Assembly (NCBI GenBank): GCA_018304425.1
Contig: JAGVWE010000005.1
Span: 153,534 to 217,533, forward strand
Origin: Candidatus Iainarchaeum sp.
Lineage (GTDB): Archaea; Iainarchaeota; Iainarchaeia; Iainarchaeales; UBA10219
Reading direction: 5' to 3'
DNA: 64,000 bases
Translations under genes and position numbers: made by a program
Shown here: positions 9,156-19,298 of the stretch, in pieces
Layout of the letters: each line of letters begins with the position of its first letter
Numbering within the stretch: position 1 is the first letter of the stretch
Notes under the pieces: generated by a model
Databases searched by the model: none
What the model was told of the DNA's origin: nothing
Seen by the model: only the letters and a program-made list of their open reading frames with translations

Positions 9156-10112
9156 GTGGCGGATTTCCTGTTGTTGGATGGCGAGAAGCGCGTGCCCACC
9201 AAGCGCGTGGACTCCGTGGAAGCCTTGAAGCCCCTGCTGAACGAGTCGGCCTGGCAAATCGTGAAACTCCTGCGCAGGCAGGAATCCTATCCCGCGGAAA
9301 TCGCGAAAAAACTGGGCCTCAACGAGCAAACCGTTTACTACTATGTCAAGCAGCTGAAAGCCAGCGGCTTGATTGAGGTGTCACGCACCGAGGAAAAGCA
9401 GGGCGCGCTCGCGAAATTCTTCCGCTGCAACTATGACTCGTTTTCCCTCGTGGCCTCGGCCGAGAACGCGAGAAAAGCGGAGTTCACGTCCTCGCCTGGC
9501 ACGGCCAAGCAACTCGAACCCGCGCTCAAGGAATTCCTGGAGCCCTTCATCACCGAGGGCGGGCGGTTCGACGCCAAAATCGTGGTCGGCAGCCCTGACC
9601 CGCATGGGGAGTTGAAGGCGCGGGCGCGCGACGGCCACCTGGCCGTTGAACTCGCGGCCTTCCTGGGCTCGCTCTGCAACGAAATAAACTATCCCCTCAT
9701 CTACTTGGACACGCAGATTCCCTCGGTCGAGAAAGAGAACTCGAACCTGATCCTCCTCGGCGGCCCCATCACGAACCGGTTGGCCGAGGAACTCAACGAG
9801 CATTTGAGCATCCGGTTTGCCTCCAGCGGCGGCCAGTGGCTCGTGAAATCCAAGGCCAGCGACAAGGAGTATGCCGAGGACGCGACCGGCTTCATCGAGA
9901 AAATCAGGCACCCCTCCTATCCCAACCGCGCCATCCTCGTCATCGCCGGCAAACGCAATGCGGGCACGCGGGCCGCCATCATCGGGTTAATCAAGCAAAC
10001 CCATGAAATGGCGAAACCCAACAAATTCGACGAGCGCCTGCACGCCCGCATAGTGGAGGGCCTGGACCTGGATGGAGACGGCATCATCGACGACGTCGAA
10101 ATAAAGGAGTAG
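9156..10112 (+). CDS. ArsR-like HTH transcriptional regulator with C-terminal alpha/beta domain
   Basis: N-terminal HTH (YPAEIAKKLGLNEQTVYYYVKQL), LILLGGPITN motif; GTG start after GGTGA RBS; divergent from glmS. Confidence 0.75.
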   Translation: MADFLLLDGEKRVPTKRVDSVEALKPLLNESAWQIVKLLRRQESYPAEIAKKLGLNEQTVYYYVKQLKASGLIEVSRTEEKQGALAKFFRCNYDSFSLVASAENARKAEFTSSPGTAKQLEPALKEFLEPFITEGGRFDAKIVVGSPDPHGELKARARDGHLAVELAAFLGSLCNEINYPLIYLDTQIPSVEKENSNLILLGGPITNRLAEELNEHLSIRFASSGGQWLVKSKASDKEYAEDATGFIEKIRHPSYPNRAILVIAGKRNAGTRAAIIGLIKQTHEMAKPNKFDERLHARIVEGLDLDGDGIIDDVEIKE

Positions 10113-10138
10113 AAACGACCCAGGCGCCTTCAGCTGGC

Positions 10139-10876
10139 TTAGTCCAGCAGGTTCTTCCAGCTCTTGCCCTTCCGCTTCTTGAGGTTGACGGCTCCGACCA
10201 AGGCATCGAACATGTCCTGGTTGGCGAGCGCGGCGCGCTCGATGGGGGCCTTGAAGCCCAAGCCAATTGCCAGTCCCACGCCCAAGCCGACCGCGATGAC
10301 GATGGTGATCATGGCGAGGCGCAGGATGTCCAACAAAATCGTGGTCTCGGCTGCCGGCAGGATGATGGGCAAGGCAATGATGATGCCCACGTAAATGACG
10401 AATATCTCCACGAAGCTCGCGACCTGGTCCTTGAAGGCGAAGATGCCGCGCCTCCGGATCTTCTCGGAAATGAAGTCCCCGAGGAACAGGGTGCCGACCA
10501 GCACGGCAATGCCCTCGATGAGGTTCGGCACGTAGTTCATGATGGAGGCCACGATGTTGCTGAAGTAAGCCAATCCAACCAGGTCGGTGGCCGTGCCGAA
10601 GAACAGCAACGCGATGTAGAGTTCAACGAGGATCGTGATTATTTCCGTGAGCCTGAAGCCCAGCAGGGCGTCTCCGAGGCCGTGCCCGGCAATGGTTTCC
10701 TCGAGCTTGATGGCCCGCGAAATCCGGCGGATGAGGATGGTCGTGTACTTGCCCACGATTTTGCTGACCAGGAAAAAAGCGACTAAAACGATTAAGGCAA
10801 TGATGGAGTTCTGCGCGTACCCAATGACCTGCGAAGTCATGGCCCCAAAATCCAAGTTAGTCAACCCAACAGCCAT
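10139..10876 (-). CDS. Membrane protein, MscS-associated conserved TM-helix type
   Basis: Several TM segments, YVPNL motif, GLAIGLG near the C-terminus. Confidence 0.65.
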   Translation of the reverse strand: MAVGLTNLDFGAMTSQVIGYAQNSIIALIVLVAFFLVSKIVGKYTTILIRRISRAIKLEETIAGHGLGDALLGFRLTEIITILVELYIALLFFGTATDLVGLAYFSNIVASIMNYVPNLIEGIAVLVGTLFLGDFISEKIRRRGIFAFKDQVASFVEIFVIYVGIIIALPIILPAAETTILLDILRLAMITIVIAVGLGVGLAIGLGFKAPIERAALANQDMFDALVGAVNLKKRKGKSWKNLLD

Positions 10877-10947
10877 AGTAAACCCATCTAATCAAGTCAT
10901 TTAATAGGATTTAACCGCTTAAAAACATATCGTCCGGGTGTTTTGGC

Positions 10948-11220
10948 GTGGAATGGAGTGAATTCGGGATGCGGCCCTGCAAGAACCGCCTGGCATTCGA
11001 CGTGGTGCCCAGGCAAAGGCTTTCCCTGGACTGGCAGACAACCTGCCAGCGGCTGCGCGCCAATGGCCTGGAAGTGGAAGCCGAAACCCCCCGGTTGGTT
11101 CTGGTGCGGGTGCAAGGCAAACCGGTTTGCCTCTACCCGGACGGCCGGTTCCAGGTGCGGCAGGCCCGGGATGCCGTGGAAGCGAAAGCCGTCGCCGTCG
11201 CGGTTATCGGCTGCCTTTAA
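10948..11220 (+). CDS. Small hypothetical protein
   Basis: 90-aa ORF downstream of TTAAAAA; globular-looking (PC..AF, LYPDGR); fills an intergenic gap. Confidence 0.6.
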   Translation: MEWSEFGMRPCKNRLAFDVVPRQRLSLDWQTTCQRLRANGLEVEAETPRLVLVRVQGKPVCLYPDGRFQVRQARDAVEAKAVAVAVIGCL

Positions 11221-11259
11221 GGCAATGGAATTAAAAAGCGCTGCCACCCCAGCCATGGT

Positions 11260-12378
11260 ATGGCTGGCCTGAAACTGGGAAGCGTTTTCGGCATTGGCGT
11301 CGAACTGCACCCCACCTTCGTGTGGCTGTTTGCAGCGCTCGCCGTGTTCCTGCTGGTCTTTGACGCCGCGAGTTTCGTGCCCAGCATGGTCATGCTGGTC
11401 TTCCTCTTCGTCAGCGTGTTCGTCCACGAGTTGTTCCACTCCCTGGTCGCCTTGTCCAAGCACGTGCGCGTGGAAAAAATCGTGTTGCTGCCGATTGGCG
11501 GCATCTCCATGGCCGAGGAAATGCCTGAAAAGCCGTTGGACGAGTTCCTGGTGGCCATCGCCGGGCCGTTGTTCAATTTCCTGGTCGTGTTCCTCATCCT
11601 CTTCCTGGTAGCAGTGGTGCCCGGCCTGCCGTGGCCGCACGCGTTGTTCTCCGGCCAAGCCGATTACGCCCTGGTCGAGGAAGCCATGCTGGCCTATCCC
11701 CTCTTCGCCTTGCTGTGGGTGAACCTGATGCTGGGCGCGTTCAATCTCTTCGTGCCCGCGCTGCCCATGGACGGGGGAAGGGTGTTGCGCGCGCTCCTCT
11801 CCATGGTCATGGGCCACGCCAAGGCCACCGCGCTTGCCTCCAAGATTAGCCTGGGCTTTGCTTTCCTGATGGCGTTGCTGGGCTTGCTGGGCGGCAGCCT
11901 CATGCTGGTCGTCATCGCGGTGTTCCTCTACTTTGGCGCCACCTATGAACGCGACCTCACGGCCATGAAGGAAACCATTCGCGGCGCGGACTACGGGAAA
12001 ATCGTGTCGAAAAAGTTTTCCGCCGTGGACGAGGGCATGCGGTTCGAGGACGCGCTCAAGGCCATGGCCGAAAAAAACACGGGCCTGCTCCTCGTGAAAG
12101 GCGGCACGGGCATTGGCTACCTCTCGACCGATGACTTGCTGGCCGTGGAGAAATCCAAGCGCCTGGGCGCCTTGACCGTTGGCCAACTGGCAAAGCGGCT
12201 GCCGGTCTTCGAAGCCGGAACCCCGGCCGAGAAGCTCATGGGCTTCTTCGCCTCCAAGGGCGTGCCCGTGGTCGGCATTTCCAGGGGCAAAAAGCTGTCC
12301 GGCCTCCTCTTCCAAGCCGATTTGGACGCCCTCTACCAATTGACAAAGTTGAAAAAGAAGTTCGATTTACAGTATTGA
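11260..12378 (+). CDS. Site-2 (M50) intramembrane metalloprotease with C-terminal CBS-like domains
   Basis: HELFH, AIAGP, FNLFVPALPMDGGR. Confidence 0.92.
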   Translation: MAGLKLGSVFGIGVELHPTFVWLFAALAVFLLVFDAASFVPSMVMLVFLFVSVFVHELFHSLVALSKHVRVEKIVLLPIGGISMAEEMPEKPLDEFLVAIAGPLFNFLVVFLILFLVAVVPGLPWPHALFSGQADYALVEEAMLAYPLFALLWVNLMLGAFNLFVPALPMDGGRVLRALLSMVMGHAKATALASKISLGFAFLMALLGLLGGSLMLVVIAVFLYFGATYERDLTAMKETIRGADYGKIVSKKFSAVDEGMRFEDALKAMAEKNTGLLLVKGGTGIGYLSTDDLLAVEKSKRLGALTVGQLAKRLPVFEAGTPAEKLMGFFASKGVPVVGISRGKKLSGLLFQADLDALYQLTKLKKKFDLQY

Positions 12379-12450
12379 CGGCGACGGCCGGTGAAAGCTG
12401 GCCTTTTCCCCGGAGCAAGAGCGAAGGGGCAGGAAGCGTGGTTGGCGGCA

Positions 12451-12510
12451 TATTTATGTCCCGCCGCAGGCGGGACGACGTATGCGGTGCCGGCTGACGC
12501 CTCGTCAGCC
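12451..12510. repeat. Dispersed two-hairpin repeat family A, copy 2
   Basis: TATTTAT-GTCCCGCC-GCA-GGCGGGAC-GACGTATGCGGTGC-(C)GGCTGACG-CCT-CGTCAGCC; ends at the tRNA-Ser 5' end. Confidence 0.85.
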
Positions 12511-12595
12511 GCGGAGATGGCGGAATCTGGTAAACGCACTCGCCTCGAGAGCGAGAGCCCGCAAGGGCGCGTGGGTTCAAATCCCACTCTCCGCG
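12511..12595 (+). tRNA. tRNA-Ser(CGA), long variable arm, no encoded CCA
   Basis: GCGGAGA/TCTCCGC acceptor stem with discriminator G, anticodon arm CTCGC-CT-CGA-GA-GCGAG, variable arm GCCC-GCAA-GGGC, T-loop TTCAAAT. Confidence 0.95.
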
Positions 12596-12652
12596 CTTTT
12601 TCCTGCCTTTGGCTGGAAACAATTAAATAGTTTGAGAGGCATAGGTAAATAC

Positions 12653-12877
12653 ATGCGGCAAAAGACTAGAGCCTTTACGGCTGTTGTGGTAAAGGAAGAC
12701 GACCTGTTTGTTGCCGAGTGTCCCGAGGTTGGCACGGCCAGCCAAGGGCACACGATTGCGGAAGCAGTCAAGAACCTGAAGCTGGCCACCGAACTCTATC
12801 TGGAGGAATTTCCCGAAAAGGGGAAAGCTCACTCCGTGCTGACGAAGTTCGAGGTGGCCGCGGTTGCCAAGACTTAA
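12653..12877 (+). CDS. hicB: HicB-family antitoxin
   Basis: FVAECPEVGTASQGHTIAEAVKNLKLATELYLE; TTAAATA 23 nt upstream of the ATG. Confidence 0.9.
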   Translation: MRQKTRAFTAVVVKEDDLFVAECPEVGTASQGHTIAEAVKNLKLATELYLEEFPEKGKAHSVLTKFEVAAVAKT

Positions 12878-13094
12878 ACCTGTTTCTGGCTTCGAGTGCC
12901 TGAAGATTTTGTGCAACAAGTTTGGCTTTGGCGTCGCGCGACAGAGCGGTGACCACGTCGTGCTCAAAAAGGAGACGCCTCAAGGCAGAATCGGCACGGT
13001 CATCCCCCTGCATCGCGAACTCAAAAGGAGAACCCTCCGGCGGGCATTGCAACTCGCCAAAGTCACGGAAGAGGAATTTGCGAAATATCTCTGA
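12864..13094 (+). CDS. hicA: HicA-family toxin (mRNA interferase)
   Basis: FGF..RQSGDH, TVIPLHRELK; overlaps hicB; TTG start after GAGGTG. Confidence 0.9.
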   Translation: MPRLKPVSGFECLKILCNKFGFGVARQSGDHVVLKKETPQGRIGTVIPLHRELKRRTLRRALQLAKVTEEEFAKYL

Positions 13095-13141
13095 AGTCCG
13101 CTGCCGTTAACCATTTAACCCCTTCCGGCTTTGGGTTGGAC

Positions 13142-14557
13142 ATGAAGTATGCCCGTGAGCTCTTGATGGTCTTGTTGATGGGGGCCGTGCTCCGGTTTGC
13201 GCCCGTGCTGTTCTACGGCGTGCCCTTGAGCTATGATGCTCCCTTTCATTTGACGCGGGCCTGGGAAACCATTTACTCGGGTTCCCTGAACCGAGCCGAA
13301 TTCTATCCCCCCCTGTACCGCCTGCTGTTGGCCGGCATCCAGATGGCCACCGGCTTTGACCTGGTGTGGGTGGGCGCGGTGCTGTTGCCCTTGTTTTCCA
13401 CGCTCACGGTTTTGAGCGTGTTCGCCTTCGTGCGCGCCCTGGCTGGCCCGAGAATGGCCTTACTGGCCTCGCTCCTGATTGCATGGGGCGCGCCCCTCCT
13501 CGCGGCCGCCTACGACAGCCCCGAAAACATCGTCCTCTTCCTCCTGCCCGCCGGCTTCCTCCTCTACCGGCACGACCGAAAGGCACTAGCCCCCCTCGTG
13601 ATTGCCTCGGCCATCCTCTGGAACCAGTTGGCGGCCCTCGTCGTGGTGGCGTCCTTTACCGCCGCCTACTACCGGCACTGGCGCAGCATGCGCCACTTCG
13701 CCGTGGCCGCCCTGGCCTTCCTCGGCGTATACCTTTTCTCCGTGGACTGGAAGCTGGTCGCCGGGCAAAGCATTTCCGCTGGCATGGCCTTCATCCAATT
13801 CAACCTACGCGAGGCTTTGCCGGTCATGGCCCTGGCCTCCCTGGCCTTCGCGGTGCCCCTCCTCTACGCGTGCCAGGCCAAGCGCGCCATCGCGGGCTGG
13901 ACGCGGTTCTGGTTCTACTGGTTCACGCTTTCAACCCTGGGCGTGGCCTCCTACGCCGCCAGCACCTTCCTCCGCCCCTGGGAGCACGTGAAGTTCCTGT
14001 TCTATTCGGGCGCAGTGCTGCTCTCCCTGGTGCGGGGCGAGCAGAAGTTCAGGGCCTTCGCCTACATCTTGACGGCCTTCCTCTTCCTTTCCGCGGTCAT
14101 CGTTTCCTTTCAACTGGTCTACCCCAAGATGCAGCAACACGACTTTCCCGCCATCGAGTTCCTGGAATTCCGGGCCCGGCAAAACCAGGGCCTCATTTTG
14201 GCCGAGCCCAGCCTCAGCCAATGGATTGCGTTTGCCACGGGCCTCGACGACCGGCTGCTGACTTCCCTCCACTTCGAGGCCGCCAAGACAGGCAGCCGCT
14301 TCCAAGAGGGCCTGGGCTTCCTGCAATCCCAGGGAACCGGCTCTGAACGCTCCCTGCAGGAACTGGGCGTGAAGTACGTGGTGCTGAACTTCGAAGACGA
14401 AAGACTGCGGGGCGTGAACGGCATCGAGTCCAAGCCCTACCTCAACAAAGTGTATTCCGTGGAATACTTTTCGGGCTGCCCCTTTGGCTTCCTGCCCAGG
14501 CTATGGGGCCTGGCCTGCGGTTGGAACCAGGCGGAAGTCCTGGAAACCAGGGAGTGA
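13142..14557 (+). CDS. Polytopic membrane protein, probable GT-C-type glycosyltransferase
   Basis: D-x-x-x-H loop after TM1 (YDAPFH), YPPLY, many TM helices, STT3-like soluble C-terminus (GVKYVV). Confidence 0.6.
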   Translation: MKYARELLMVLLMGAVLRFAPVLFYGVPLSYDAPFHLTRAWETIYSGSLNRAEFYPPLYRLLLAGIQMATGFDLVWVGAVLLPLFSTLTVLSVFAFVRALAGPRMALLASLLIAWGAPLLAAAYDSPENIVLFLLPAGFLLYRHDRKALAPLVIASAILWNQLAALVVVASFTAAYYRHWRSMRHFAVAALAFLGVYLFSVDWKLVAGQSISAGMAFIQFNLREALPVMALASLAFAVPLLYACQAKRAIAGWTRFWFYWFTLSTLGVASYAASTFLRPWEHVKFLFYSGAVLLSLVRGEQKFRAFAYILTAFLFLSAVIVSFQLVYPKMQQHDFPAIEFLEFRARQNQGLILAEPSLSQWIAFATGLDDRLLTSLHFEAAKTGSRFQEGLGFLQSQGTGSERSLQELGVKYVVLNFEDERLRGVNGIESKPYLNKVYSVEYFSGCPFGFLPRLWGLACGWNQAEVLETRE

Positions 14558-14563
14558 AAGGAA

Positions 14564-15739
14564 ATGACGGAACCCTTCGCGGAACGCGTGTCAAAAGCGG
14601 AAGCCAACCCCATCTTCGAAGTAATCAAGAAAGCCAGGGACTTGAAGGCGCAAGGCAAACCCGTGCTCCGCTTCGACGTCGGCGAAACCGATTTTCCCAC
14701 TCCTGAAAACGTGAAGGCCGCGGCCAAGAAGGCGCTCGACGAGAACTTCACGTATTACACGCCGGCCGAGGGCATCAAGGAATTGCGGCAGGCGATTGCG
14801 GAAAAACTGGGAAAGGCGAATGACATCCCGGCTTCCTGGGAAGAAGTCATGGCCACGGTCGGCGGCAAGCAGGCCCTCTTCAACGCCACTCAGGCCCTGC
14901 TCCAGGAAGGCGACGAATGCGTGCTGGGCCTGCCTTACTGGGTTTCGCACCTCGAGCAAATCAAGCTGGCCTCCGCCACCCCAGTCCTCGTGCAAACCGA
15001 CGAGCGATTCAAGTTGCGCGCGGAGGACATGGAGGAGGCGTTGACACCGCGCACCAAGATGGTGATTCTCTCCAGCCCCTCCAATCCAACCGGAGCCGTG
15101 ATGGACGAAAAGGACTTGAAGCGGGTGGCGGCGCTCGCGGTCGAAAGAAATTTCTGGCTGGTCTCCGACGAAGTGTACGAGCCCTTCGTGTTCGACGGGA
15201 AAAAGCATTTCTCGCCTGCCTCGTTCGGCGCCGAGGTGCGCGCGCACACGATTACCGTGAACGCGTTCTCGAAGACCTATGCCATGACCGGCTGGAGGCT
15301 GGGCTATGCCCATGCCCCCAAAGAAGTCATCAAGCGGATGGCGTACGTGCAAGGCCATTCAACCAGTCACCCGGACAGCCTGGCTCAAAAGGCCGGCCTC
15401 GAAGCCCTGCGCGGGCCCCAGGACTCGGTCAAGGAAATGGTGCGCGTCTTCGAGGAACGACGGAACGCCTTGGTGGCCAGGCTCAAGAAGCTCCCTGGCT
15501 TCAAGGTCGTGAACCCCGAAGGGGCTTTCTACGCCTTCCCCGACGTGCGCGGCTGCTTCGGCGGAAAAGTGCGTTCAGGGCTTGAACTGGCCAATTACCT
15601 GGTGGACCAGGCCCTGGTCACGGTGGTGCCAGGCGAGGCCTGCGGCAGCAAGAACCACGTGCGCTTGTGCTATGCCACGCCCGTTTCCGTCATCCACGAG
15701 GCCATGGACCGGGTTGAAAAGGCGTTGAAGGAACTGTGA
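14564..15739 (+). CDS. aspC: Class I PLP aminotransferase (aspartate aminotransferase-like)
   Basis: SPSNPTG, SDEVY, FSKTYAMTGWRLG, GAFY. Confidence 0.88.
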   Translation: MTEPFAERVSKAEANPIFEVIKKARDLKAQGKPVLRFDVGETDFPTPENVKAAAKKALDENFTYYTPAEGIKELRQAIAEKLGKANDIPASWEEVMATVGGKQALFNATQALLQEGDECVLGLPYWVSHLEQIKLASATPVLVQTDERFKLRAEDMEEALTPRTKMVILSSPSNPTGAVMDEKDLKRVAALAVERNFWLVSDEVYEPFVFDGKKHFSPASFGAEVRAHTITVNAFSKTYAMTGWRLGYAHAPKEVIKRMAYVQGHSTSHPDSLAQKAGLEALRGPQDSVKEMVRVFEERRNALVARLKKLPGFKVVNPEGAFYAFPDVRGCFGGKVRSGLELANYLVDQALVTVVPGEACGSKNHVRLCYATPVSVIHEAMDRVEKALKEL

Positions 15740-15757
15740 ACCCGTTTCCGGTGCCAA

Positions 15758-16681
15758 TCAGATGCCTGTTTCCTTGACGGCTTTCCGGGTTTCCTCTGCT
15801 GACTTGCGGAGCAAGGCCAGCTCTTCGCTGGATAACTTTAATTCGGTGATTTTTTCAAGGCCTTTTTTGCCTAAAACGCAGGGAACCCCGACAAACACGC
15901 CGTGCAAACCGTATTCTCCTTCGAGGTAGGCCGAACAGGGGAGGGTTTTCTTTTTGTTTTTCACGATGGCTTCCACCATTTCCGTGATGGCTGCCGCGGG
16001 AGCGAAAAAAGCCGAGCCCGTTTTTAGGTGAGCCACGATTTCGGCTCCGGCCTGCTGGGTGTGTTCAATGATTTCAGCCAGCTTCCGCTTGGACAAGAGT
16101 TTTTCAACGGGTTTCCCTCCAACCCTTGTATGCCGGGTCAAGGGCACCATGTTGTCGCCGTGGCTGCCCAACACCGTCGAGTAAACGTGTTTGGCGGGAA
16201 TGCCCAGCTCTTTGCCGATAAAGTAACTCATCCGGGAGGAGTCCAGCAATCCGGACATGCCGATGAGCCTCTGCCTTGGAAAGCCCAGCGCCTTTTTTGC
16301 CACCATGCACAGGACGTCCAAGGGGTTGGTCACCACGATGACGATGCAGTTCTTGGCAGCGGATTTTTTGATGTGCCTGCATACTTCTTCGACGATCCGC
16401 TTGTTGGTGTTCAGCAGGTCCAGCCTCGACATGCCGGGCTTCCTCGGCACACCGGCTGTAATGACGGCGATTTCCGCGCCGGCCATGCATCGGAAGTCAT
16501 TGCAGCCGAGAACGGAGTGCTCGAAACCCAGCAGGGGCGAGGCCTCCATCAAGTCCAGGGCATGCCCTTGCGGCAGGCCCTCCACCAGGTCAACGAGAAT
16601 GATGTCTCCCAGGTTCTTGAATGCCATCAGGAAGGCGGCCGTGGAACCGACCTTTCCCGCCCCAATAATGGCTATCTTCAA
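15758..16681 (-). CDS. mdh: Malate dehydrogenase (LDH-like)
   Basis: GAGKVG, TAGVPRKPGMSRLDL, TNPLD, LDSSR, GSHGD. Confidence 0.93.
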   Translation of the reverse strand: MKIAIIGAGKVGSTAAFLMAFKNLGDIILVDLVEGLPQGHALDLMEASPLLGFEHSVLGCNDFRCMAGAEIAVITAGVPRKPGMSRLDLLNTNKRIVEEVCRHIKKSAAKNCIVIVVTNPLDVLCMVAKKALGFPRQRLIGMSGLLDSSRMSYFIGKELGIPAKHVYSTVLGSHGDNMVPLTRHTRVGGKPVEKLLSKRKLAEIIEHTQQAGAEIVAHLKTGSAFFAPAAAITEMVEAIVKNKKKTLPCSAYLEGEYGLHGVFVGVPCVLGKKGLEKITELKLSSEELALLRKSAEETRKAVKETGI

Positions 16682-16699
16682 GCAAAACCCTCAAGCAAT

Positions 16700-17899
16700 T
16701 CATTTACTGTGCCCTAATAGGGTTTTTAATTGTGAGAGGTGCCTGGACCGGGCGAGCACCGCGTAGTTGGCCACCAGCCTTCGCTTGATGTCGGCCAGGG
16801 TCTCCGGCAAGTCGAAGGCTGGCTTTCTCCGCTTTTCCTCTGCTTCGATGATTTCGTTTATTTTTTTGAGGATGGCCTTGTTGTCGGGCTGGATGTTGGC
16901 CGCGTCCAGGGCCTGCCGGTAAAAGTCGAGGTTGCGGAAGAAGAGCGAGAGGTTTTCCCTGGAGGCATGCTCGTACAATTCGCCGAAGCCCAGGTTTTGG
17001 GCGAGCAGGCCGTTGAAATAGCGTTCGAAGAAGTCGGGTTTGGTGAAGACGTAGACGGGTTTCTTGAAGACCACGATTTCGTAGAGAATCGAGGTCCCCC
17101 CGTGGCATAGCACGGCCTGCGCGGACAGCAGGTCTTTGGCGAATCCTTTTTCGGAGAACACCTTGAACTGCAGGTTGCGGTCCTTGCGTGCAACGTTTTT
17201 TCCGTAGACGATGAATTTCTTGTCCGGGAAGAGGGGCAGGAGTTTAAGCACGGGGTCAATCTGCTCATCCGAGCCGTACACGAGCACGTGCTTTCCTTCG
17301 ACAGGGGGGACAGCGGCCAGCAGGCTCTCGCGGACGATGGGGTGGAAGAAGTGGACGTTTTTCTCCCTGGGCTCGGGCTTGATGAGCGAGGGGATGATGA
17401 AGTACTTGGAGGCGATGAAGGCGTTGAGCACCGGTTTTTCCGTCAAATAGTATTCCACCATCTGGTTGAATTTTAGGTGGGGTTTCACGTAGTTCATGAG
17501 GTGCATGTTGGAAATCGTGATGACCGGGATGCGGAACAAGTGCCCGACGTAGAGGCCGTTGACGTCGAAGTCCGAGATGATGAGGTCGGGCTTGAAGTCG
17601 CGCACCAGCTGCACCATTTTCTGGAAGTTGGTGGCAGCAACCCTCGGCAGGAGGGGCAGGCTCTGGAAGAACGTGCGGGCCTTGAGGTATTGGCTGCCCT
17701 TGAAGACCAGTTCAAACCAGTGGAGTTTGGCCCCATTGCGGGCCATTTCCTCCCTGAACTCGCGGCCGAGGTATTCATACCCCGAACCGTAGCTGGCGAT
17801 GAAGACCTGGTGGCGCTTGAAGAGGCTTCGGATGAGCACCGAGCTCCGGGTCGCGTGGCCGAGGCCGAGGCCGCAGACCGTGAAGAGGATGCGGGCCAT
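16700..17899 (-). CDS. GT-B glycosyltransferase, MJ1255/VC2487-like
   Basis: GLGLGHATRS, PDLIISDFD, CHGG motifs. Confidence 0.8.
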   Translation of the reverse strand: MARILFTVCGLGLGHATRSSVLIRSLFKRHQVFIASYGSGYEYLGREFREEMARNGAKLHWFELVFKGSQYLKARTFFQSLPLLPRVAATNFQKMVQLVRDFKPDLIISDFDVNGLYVGHLFRIPVITISNMHLMNYVKPHLKFNQMVEYYLTEKPVLNAFIASKYFIIPSLIKPEPREKNVHFFHPIVRESLLAAVPPVEGKHVLVYGSDEQIDPVLKLLPLFPDKKFIVYGKNVARKDRNLQFKVFSEKGFAKDLLSAQAVLCHGGTSILYEIVVFKKPVYVFTKPDFFERYFNGLLAQNLGFGELYEHASRENLSLFFRNLDFYRQALDAANIQPDNKAILKKINEIIEAEEKRRKPAFDLPETLADIKRRLVANYAVLARSRHLSQLKTLLGHSK

Positions 17900-17900
17900 T

Positions 17901-18725
17901 TCATTCCCCCAGCAGGCCGTTCAGCTTCGAAAAGGGGCCGATGAATTCCAGGCCGTTGACGTCCAGCAAGGCCTTGATCCCGGGAAAGTAGAAGCTGAGC
18001 CAGAGCTTCTTCCCCTCCCTTGCGTGGGTGGAAAGCAGGGACACGAGGCCCGGCATTTCCTTGAGTTCCACGAGGAGGTTGTTGGCCTTCGGCTTTGAGG
18101 CCGTGACGGTGGACAGTTGTTCCAGGAGCAGGGCGTCATCCGATTCAACGGTTATTTTTTCCGCGTTCAACTTGTTGGCGGCCTCGACCAGCAGGCCCAA
18201 CGTCACCGGGTTGAGGTCCATCCGCCTGGAATCGTTGAAGTCAAAGGCCTTTAAGGCATTGATTTGCTCGGAAAACACTTTGGAGACCTTGCTGAGCTGC
18301 TCGACCTGGGTGAGGATGCGCTGGTTGATGCGGGCGAGTTCCGAGACCGTGAACTCCGTGGAGCCCTTGGCTGCCTTCAACAGGTCGGCATCCGTCTTCG
18401 AGCGCTCGATGAGGGCGTGCAGCAGTTCGACGATGGGGTTGATGCCCAGGTGCGGGTTCTTGGCGCGCACCAACTGGTTCAAGCGGATGAGGAGCTTGGA
18501 CTTCATCTCGGAACTGATTTCCGTGGACGCCTTGTCGGTGATGAAGAGATTGCTGCCCTGCTTGGTGACCAAGCCGAAGGCGCGGAGGTCTTTGAGGGTG
18601 CGGGACAAGGCTGCGCGCGCGGAGTTCAGCGTGGAATAGTTGGCCGCGATTTTGTTGAGCAGGGCATGGTATTCCATGCCCTGGTTCTGCTTGATGATTA
18701 ACAGGACGGCGTTGCGCGCAGTCAT
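17901..18725 (-). CDS. Hypothetical protein with N-terminal winged-helix-like domain
   Basis: LSRTLKDLRAFGLVTK..LFITDKA wing pattern; host-like codon usage; coupled to the GT gene. Confidence 0.6.
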   Translation of the reverse strand: MTARNAVLLIIKQNQGMEYHALLNKIAANYSTLNSARAALSRTLKDLRAFGLVTKQGSNLFITDKASTEISSEMKSKLLIRLNQLVRAKNPHLGINPIVELLHALIERSKTDADLLKAAKGSTEFTVSELARINQRILTQVEQLSKVSKVFSEQINALKAFDFNDSRRMDLNPVTLGLLVEAANKLNAEKITVESDDALLLEQLSTVTASKPKANNLLVELKEMPGLVSLLSTHAREGKKLWLSFYFPGIKALLDVNGLEFIGPFSKLNGLLGE

Positions 18726-18806
18726 GTTAAGGCAGAAAGAGTTAACTGGTTAAAAAGGAGACGGACGGCTGTTAAGCGACCTGCCCTCTTCGAGGACGCG
18801 CGGCCT

Positions 18807-19091
18807 TTAGGCCGCTTGGAGTTCGACTTTCTTCATCCGCTTGGGGATGACGCGGTAGTGCTTGCGGCCGCACGCCGAGCATTCGGCGACGAAGGCCGGC
18901 TTCTTGGTTTGTTTTTTGACGATCGCCGTGAACTCGGCTTTTCCGCCATAGCCTTTCTTGTGCTTGCGGACGTTCTGCCGCACGCCCCAGGCCATGGCCC
19001 GCGCCGTGCCAGCCTTGAAGAGTTTGAGCTTGTGCGGGGTGTGCGCATTGCACTTGGGACAATAGTCCTTGACTTCCTTGGGAACGTTCAT
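18807..19091 (-). CDS. rpl44e: 50S ribosomal protein L44e
   Basis: YCPKCNAHTPH, GYGG, K.TKK, ECSACG zinc ribbon. Confidence 0.95.
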   Translation of the reverse strand: MNVPKEVKDYCPKCNAHTPHKLKLFKAGTARAMAWGVRQNVRKHKKGYGGKAEFTAIVKKQTKKPAFVAECSACGRKHYRVIPKRMKKVELQAA

Positions 19092-19298
19092 GCAAACCAC
19101 GAAAAAGCCGCTAAAAACAGCTTCAATTGACTCCATTGTCCTGGCAAGGGTTTAAAACCGTTGCGGTAAAGCCGGCCAGGAAAACACGGGTTTTGCCCAA
19201 ACCAACCAAAATAATAATTTTTCGTCAATAGACGTAATACATGCGCGGGCTTTCGATTACCGTCAAACGGCCAAGCAGGCTTTTATTCTAGAGCGTCT

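Noticed and set aside
12575-12600. Provirus or island integrated at tRNA-Ser or tRNA-Ala
   Set aside because: No duplicated tRNA end, integrase or viral gene was seen in the window.
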